NCBI GenBank assembly: GCA_043228905.1
Contig: JBHGNT010001138.1
Location: forward strand, 1 to 11,674
Source of the DNA: Azolla caroliniana
Taxonomy: Eukaryota > Plantae > Polypodiophyta
Reading direction: 5' to 3'
Length of the DNA: 11,674 nt
Under the pieces are notes generated by a model. That model was not told the origin of the DNA, did no database searches, and saw nothing but the letters and a program-made list of their open reading frames with translations. Below are positions 7,531 through 11,674 of the stretch, piece by piece. Position 1 is the stretch's first letter. The number at the start of each line of letters is the position of its first letter. The position numbers were made by a program, and so were the translations under genes.

Positions 7531-9005
7531 GGTTTTTGTTTTTGGAGAAACCGGGAGAACCGGGAATTGTCGAAACTGGAGACGACACCCCTCACCCAAT
7601 TGTGCATGTCGGAGAAATCCATTTAAGCCATGTTGGACCAAAGGGAAAGCTTATGAACGTACTACATGTTTCGACAGTCACAAAGAACCTGGTGTCAGTC
7701 AGATAAATCATCGACCAAAGAATGCAGGTGTGGTTTACACACCTCGGGTGCTTCATCGAGGAAGAAGGCGAAATAATTGGGCAAGGGTGCAGAGAAAGGA
7801 GGATGTTCATCTCAATACTAATGACATCGGCACCTCCATGTTTGCCAAAGGATAGAAGATTGAATTGGACATCGATCTCTAGCATAAGCGGATCGACCAC
7901 CTCAACTACCGAAAGGCTTCAAGATCTGCAATCAAAACAAGTTGTGTTTGGATTGCCGAAGTTTAGTGGCCAGAAGGACCAAATATGTGAAGCCTGCCAA
8001 CTTCGGAAGCAACACTGGCACCAAGTGAAACCGGAGTCGGACCAAGGTCGATGTAATCCATTCGGATGTATGAGAACCGACACAATACGTTAGTCTTGGC
8101 GGGAGTTGGTATTCCGTCTCCTTAATCAACAACTATAGCCAGCACACATGGATCTACCTCGTTTAGAGGAAAAGTGAGATCTTCGACTATTTCTAGAACC
8201 TTCAAAGCTTACTCGAAAGGGAAATGTAGAGGAAGATCAAGTGCATGTGGTCGAATGGCAGAGAGGAATATGTTTCTAGCCAATTCAACAGTTATTTGCA
8301 GCAGAAAGGAATTCAGAGAGAATTCAGCTGTAGATACACACTAGAACAAAACAGTGTGGCTAAAAAGAAGAACCGGTCGATTGTTGACGCGGCAAGGGCA
8401 ATGCTAGAGGAGAAGAGCATTCCCAAATTCTACTAGGCTGAGGCGGTCCAGATGGCCGTCTACATTGAAAACCGGATCAGGGACAAGGTGTCAACACATG
8501 AGCTGTATTTTGGGCGGAAGCCGAATTTGAGACAGCTTCGAATATTCGGTAGCATAGCGTATGTGCATGTACCGGATGAGAAGTGGAGGAAGCTAGATCA
8601 GAAGTCAGAAAAGTGCATACTTGTCAGCTACTCCCATGAATAGAAGGGGTATAAGTGTTATAACCCTTGAACTAAACAGGTCTGAGTAAGTCAAGATGTC
8701 GAGTTTGATGAGTCGGCATCATGGTATTCTCTACAAGCTCTAACTCCTAATGAAGACCTGATCCCGGAGGATGAGGCTAGTGAACCTGGAGAGGTTCAAG
8801 TAGAAGACGACAATTTTGGAACTCTAGATGAGAGTCCGATCTCATTCCGGCTAAGTGGGCCGAATGAGTGGTTGGGTCGAAATGACCAGTCGAATGAAGA
8901 ACCAGTGAGTAGTGGAGACTCTGTCGTGCTCTCCCCGCGAAAGGTACCAAGGAGACGGTTCACGCACAAAGAGACGGGGAAGAAAAGATGTCGGAATACG
9001 ACCAT
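7531..9005 (+). mobile_element. pol: Degraded Ty1/copia pol fragment (Copia-A): post-protease region, GAG-pre-integrase, integrase core; no RT, RH or LTR
   Basis: NVLHVSTVTKNLVSV, *HKRIDHLN, CEACQLRKQH, VIHSDV, TLEQNSVAKKKNRSIVDAARAML, LRIFGSIAYVHVPDE, SEKCILVSYS. Many stops and frameshifts. Right boundary approximate. Confidence 0.9.
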
Positions 9006-9451
9006 AAGTTCTCGATTCTTGGTTGGAAGTTAGGTATCATACATATGTGCACTAGGCGATGGCATTGTTACTACCATAAATAGAAATATTTCCTTTGCAT
9101 TGGTGAACCAACCCCCTCTTCGTTTTGGACATTGTTTTCCCACTTACGTCATATTGAAAACCTATCGTATTAAGGAGGTGTTGCAGTTATATCGAGTTAG
9201 ACTTTTGGCGTATTTAGAATTGCTCAAAGTTTCAAAATTTAACATTTTCTTGGTTAAGTATTCGTTGATTTCATTATTTGTGTGTGCGTTTCTATGTTTT
9301 TATTGAATATTCGTTCAGAACTCATAGATGTACATCCTGCCTGCTTTATTAAAAGGCACCAACAAGTTGATATTCAAAGTGCCACATACACTTATATTGA
9401 AAGGCAAAAAATTGTTACAATAGTTTTGTATGCAAACGCTTTGTACAAGAA

Positions 9452-9509
9452 GAAGGAGATTGAATTCAATGTTTCTTAGACGAAGGAGATTCAATTCTAT
9501 GATTTTTAG
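9452..9509. repeat. 30-bp tandem duplication, 2 copies
   Basis: GAAGGAGATTGAATTCAATGTTTCTTAG versus GAAGGAGATTCAATTCTATGATTTTTAG, 24/28 identical. Confidence 0.7.
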
Positions 9510-9669
9510 GTTGTGGAAATATGTAGGACAAAGGAGTTTTGCTGGATGAATATTGCAGCAAGCTTTTTACAATTTTTATTACACATGAGAAATAGCATGA
9601 GTGTTATTGAATAGTCTATCAGAATCATATGTTTTTCCTCTTGTTCTTTTTATATAAATGATGAGTGAG

Positions 9670-11673
9670 CTAGCGTGTGTCCATGTATTCCTCTGACCTC
9701 GAGATTTCCATATATTTATATGATGTCTTTGTACTCAAAATTGATTTCCTCGACTTACTCGTCACTGTCGAGTTGCCTCTGGATTTCCAAGACTCTGCAT
9801 CGGCTGCCCATTGATGGCTGTCCTGTTCTAGCTCTTCTAGCCCAAGCTTCCTCCTTGTAATGATCTTCTCACTTGGAAAGAGCCCCATCTGTTCATAATC
9901 ATCGATGGGAGCATGGGGTATGACCCCCACCTTCCCTTCCAGCATCTGCACCACACTGCTCATGCTCGGCCGCCTCCTCGGATTGCTTTGCACACACAAC
10001 ATGGCCACATCCACCATCCTCATGGCTTGCTCCTCATCGTAGATCTTTGCACCCATTCCGTAGTTCATGAGCCTTTCATCCACCAGCTCCATCACACCCT
10101 CTCCACGATTGGATCTCATCTCCAGCCTCTGCCTCAATGCCCTCCAATCTTTCACTCTACTCCCACTCACAATCTCCAGCAACAGAATCCCGTAGCTGTA
10201 CACATCACACTTCTCCGTGATGGCCTCCTCTGTTAGCCACTCTGGCGCCAAGTACCCTGGGGTTCCCCTCATCATCGTCACCACGGCACTCTGTTGGTCC
10301 CTTAGCACCCTTCGAGACATCCCGAAATCCGATATCTTAGGGAAGTAATCGGCTCCTAAGAGTATATTCTGTGGCTTGAGATCCATGTGTATGATTCTGT
10401 CCTCACACTCTTCGTGCAAGTAGGCTAAGCCTTTTGCAGTACCCACGGCTATGGTGAACCTGCACTCCCACGACAAGATCGGTCTGCACTTTTTATCAGC
10501 CTTAATCTCCTGGGATTCTGGAGTACATTTGGGTGTTTTGCTGAAGATCCAACCATCCAAAGAACCATTTTCCATGTATTCATACACGAGGAGCTTGTGT
10601 GTGGCACCTTCCAGGCAGAAGCCAACCAATCGAACAAGTTGAAGATGGTGAGTCCGGCCCAGAATTGAGACCTCGGCCATGAACTCTTTTCTACCTTGGT
10701 GACTTCCATCGATGAGTTGCTTCACAGCTACGGGCGTGCCATCGTCCATAGCTCCTCGGAAGACATTGCCGAAACCACCTCCCCCAAGAGGGTCCGAGAA
10801 ACCACACGTGTATTCGTACATCTCCTTCCATGTGAATCGACGGGGCTTCGAGCCCAGAAGTGAGACACCGAGAAGCTCATTTTCGATCTCATAATCTTCC
10901 AGTTGTCTGGCCTTTAACCTTTGTGTCCTGTGCACATATCCTACACCCACAAATACGACGATGATAAGCACAAAGACACCTAATGATACTCGTATTGCGA
11001 TGGGTTTGGTTAGAGAAGGTTTTGTTGCGTTCTCCATGAATTTCAAGTATCCCATGAATTCGTCCTTAGTTGCAGAAGCGTTGAATATGATGGTAGCTAC
11101 GGGACCCTGGATGAGGAAACAAGAACCAGAACCATTTGGTTTTGACTCCCAGAATGCCGCCGTACAAGCGCAGTTGTCCTTACAATAATTTTTCCAGCAG
11201 CCTTGAGCATCGATTCCAGTGTGGTTGGGAGTGAGGAAAGCATTGGAGAAGTAGCTGGCCCCTGCTATCATTGAAGCATTCGGTTTCTTATGATTAGATC
11301 CATGGCCACAAGAAGAAGGGTACGGTTCCCATCTGCCATCGCCCACCTTGAACCTGCAGCCTAATTTGGCGTTCTTTTTGGAATCCTGAAGCTCTAATTC
11401 ATTCGACCCGCCACAATTCTGTGTGCAATTTTGCTTCTCTTTGTCACATACACCATAGAATCCGCAGAAGAGAGGGAATTGGCATGGATTTTTATGGCTG
11501 GTTCTGGAGAGAATTGCGAATTGTCCAGTCTCTGCGTATGCATGAAGATCCCCATCACTCTCCAGCCTGAGGAATGTGGCATATGTTATGTTGATGCTGT
11601 GACCCTCAAATTTAATAGATGCGGATTGTTTGGCTTGCCTACTGCAAGCATCTGCCGAGATTTGGTTGTATAT
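9670..11673 (-). CDS. G-type lectin / S-domain receptor-like Ser/Thr kinase (SD-2-like), 5'-partial, no intron in window
   Basis: The frame is open from the window edge to TAG 9670-9672. Domains: FLRLESDGDLHAY (S-locus glycoprotein-like), CQFPLFCGFYGVC (EGF-like), CKDNCACTAAFW (PAN), TM VSLGVFVLIIVVFVGVGYV, kinase GGGGFG / VAVK / HMDLKPQN / DFG / GTPGYLAPE. Confidence 0.95.
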   Translation of the reverse strand: MYNQISADACSRQAKQSASIKFEGHSINITYATFLRLESDGDLHAYAETGQFAILSRTSHKNPCQFPLFCGFYGVCDKEKQNCTQNCGGSNELELQDSKKNAKLGCRFKVGDGRWEPYPSSCGHGSNHKKPNASMIAGASYFSNAFLTPNHTGIDAQGCWKNYCKDNCACTAAFWESKPNGSGSCFLIQGPVATIIFNASATKDEFMGYLKFMENATKPSLTKPIAIRVSLGVFVLIIVVFVGVGYVHRTQRLKARQLEDYEIENELLGVSLLGSKPRRFTWKEMYEYTCGFSDPLGGGGFGNVFRGAMDDGTPVAVKQLIDGSHQGRKEFMAEVSILGRTHHLQLVRLVGFCLEGATHKLLVYEYMENGSLDGWIFSKTPKCTPESQEIKADKKCRPILSWECRFTIAVGTAKGLAYLHEECEDRIIHMDLKPQNILLGADYFPKISDFGMSRRVLRDQQSAVVTMMRGTPGYLAPEWLTEEAITEKCDVYSYGILLLEIVSGSRVKDWRALRQRLEMRSNRGEGVMELVDERLMNYGMGAKIYDEEQAMRMVDVAMLCVQSNPRRRPSMSSVVQMLEGKVGVIPHAPIDDYEQMGLFPSEKIITRRKLGLEELEQDSHQWAADAESWKSRGNSTVTSKSRKSILSTKTSYKYMEISRSEEYMDTR

Positions 11674-11674
11674 G

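Noticed and set aside
1-9005. Copia-A and Copia-B as two halves of one element
   Set aside because: The RNase H and 3' LTR lie upstream of the integrase on the same strand, which is the wrong order. Copia-B also sits inside the gypsy LTR.
9100-9479. ORFs 9100..9306 and 9282..9479
   Set aside because: Short, AT-rich, non-ATG starts and no motifs.
9675-11188. Plus-strand ORFs including His-rich 9913..10236
   Set aside because: Antisense shadows of the kinase CDS with no recognisable domains.
11344-11346. GTG at 11346 as the kinase start
   Set aside because: The frame stays open to the window edge and encodes further ectodomain, so the true start is outside the window.

Overview
Eukaryotic DNA, most likely a non-seed land plant such as a moss (inferred from the element types). 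Bases 1-~9005 are a nest of four LTR retrotransposon pieces. An old, truncated Ty1/copia pol fragment (+, 7531-~9005) is interrupted by a near-complete Ty3/gypsy chromovirus (-, 1181-7530). The chromovirus gag is split by a 790-bp solo LTR (5642-6431, ACGT duplication), and its 3' LTR is cut by a second Ty1/copia element (+, 1-1180). Bases 9670-11673 hold an intronless, 5'-partial S-domain (SD-2-like) non-RD receptor kinase on the minus strand. The most interesting signals are non-coding cis-elements of the chromovirus: a Tf1-type self-priming site instead of a tRNA PBS, a phased heat-shock-element array next to the TATA box, a -1 frameshift cassette between gag and pol, and an antisense tRNA-like Pol III A/B-box module in U3. 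The unrelated solo LTR carries a similar A/B-box module.
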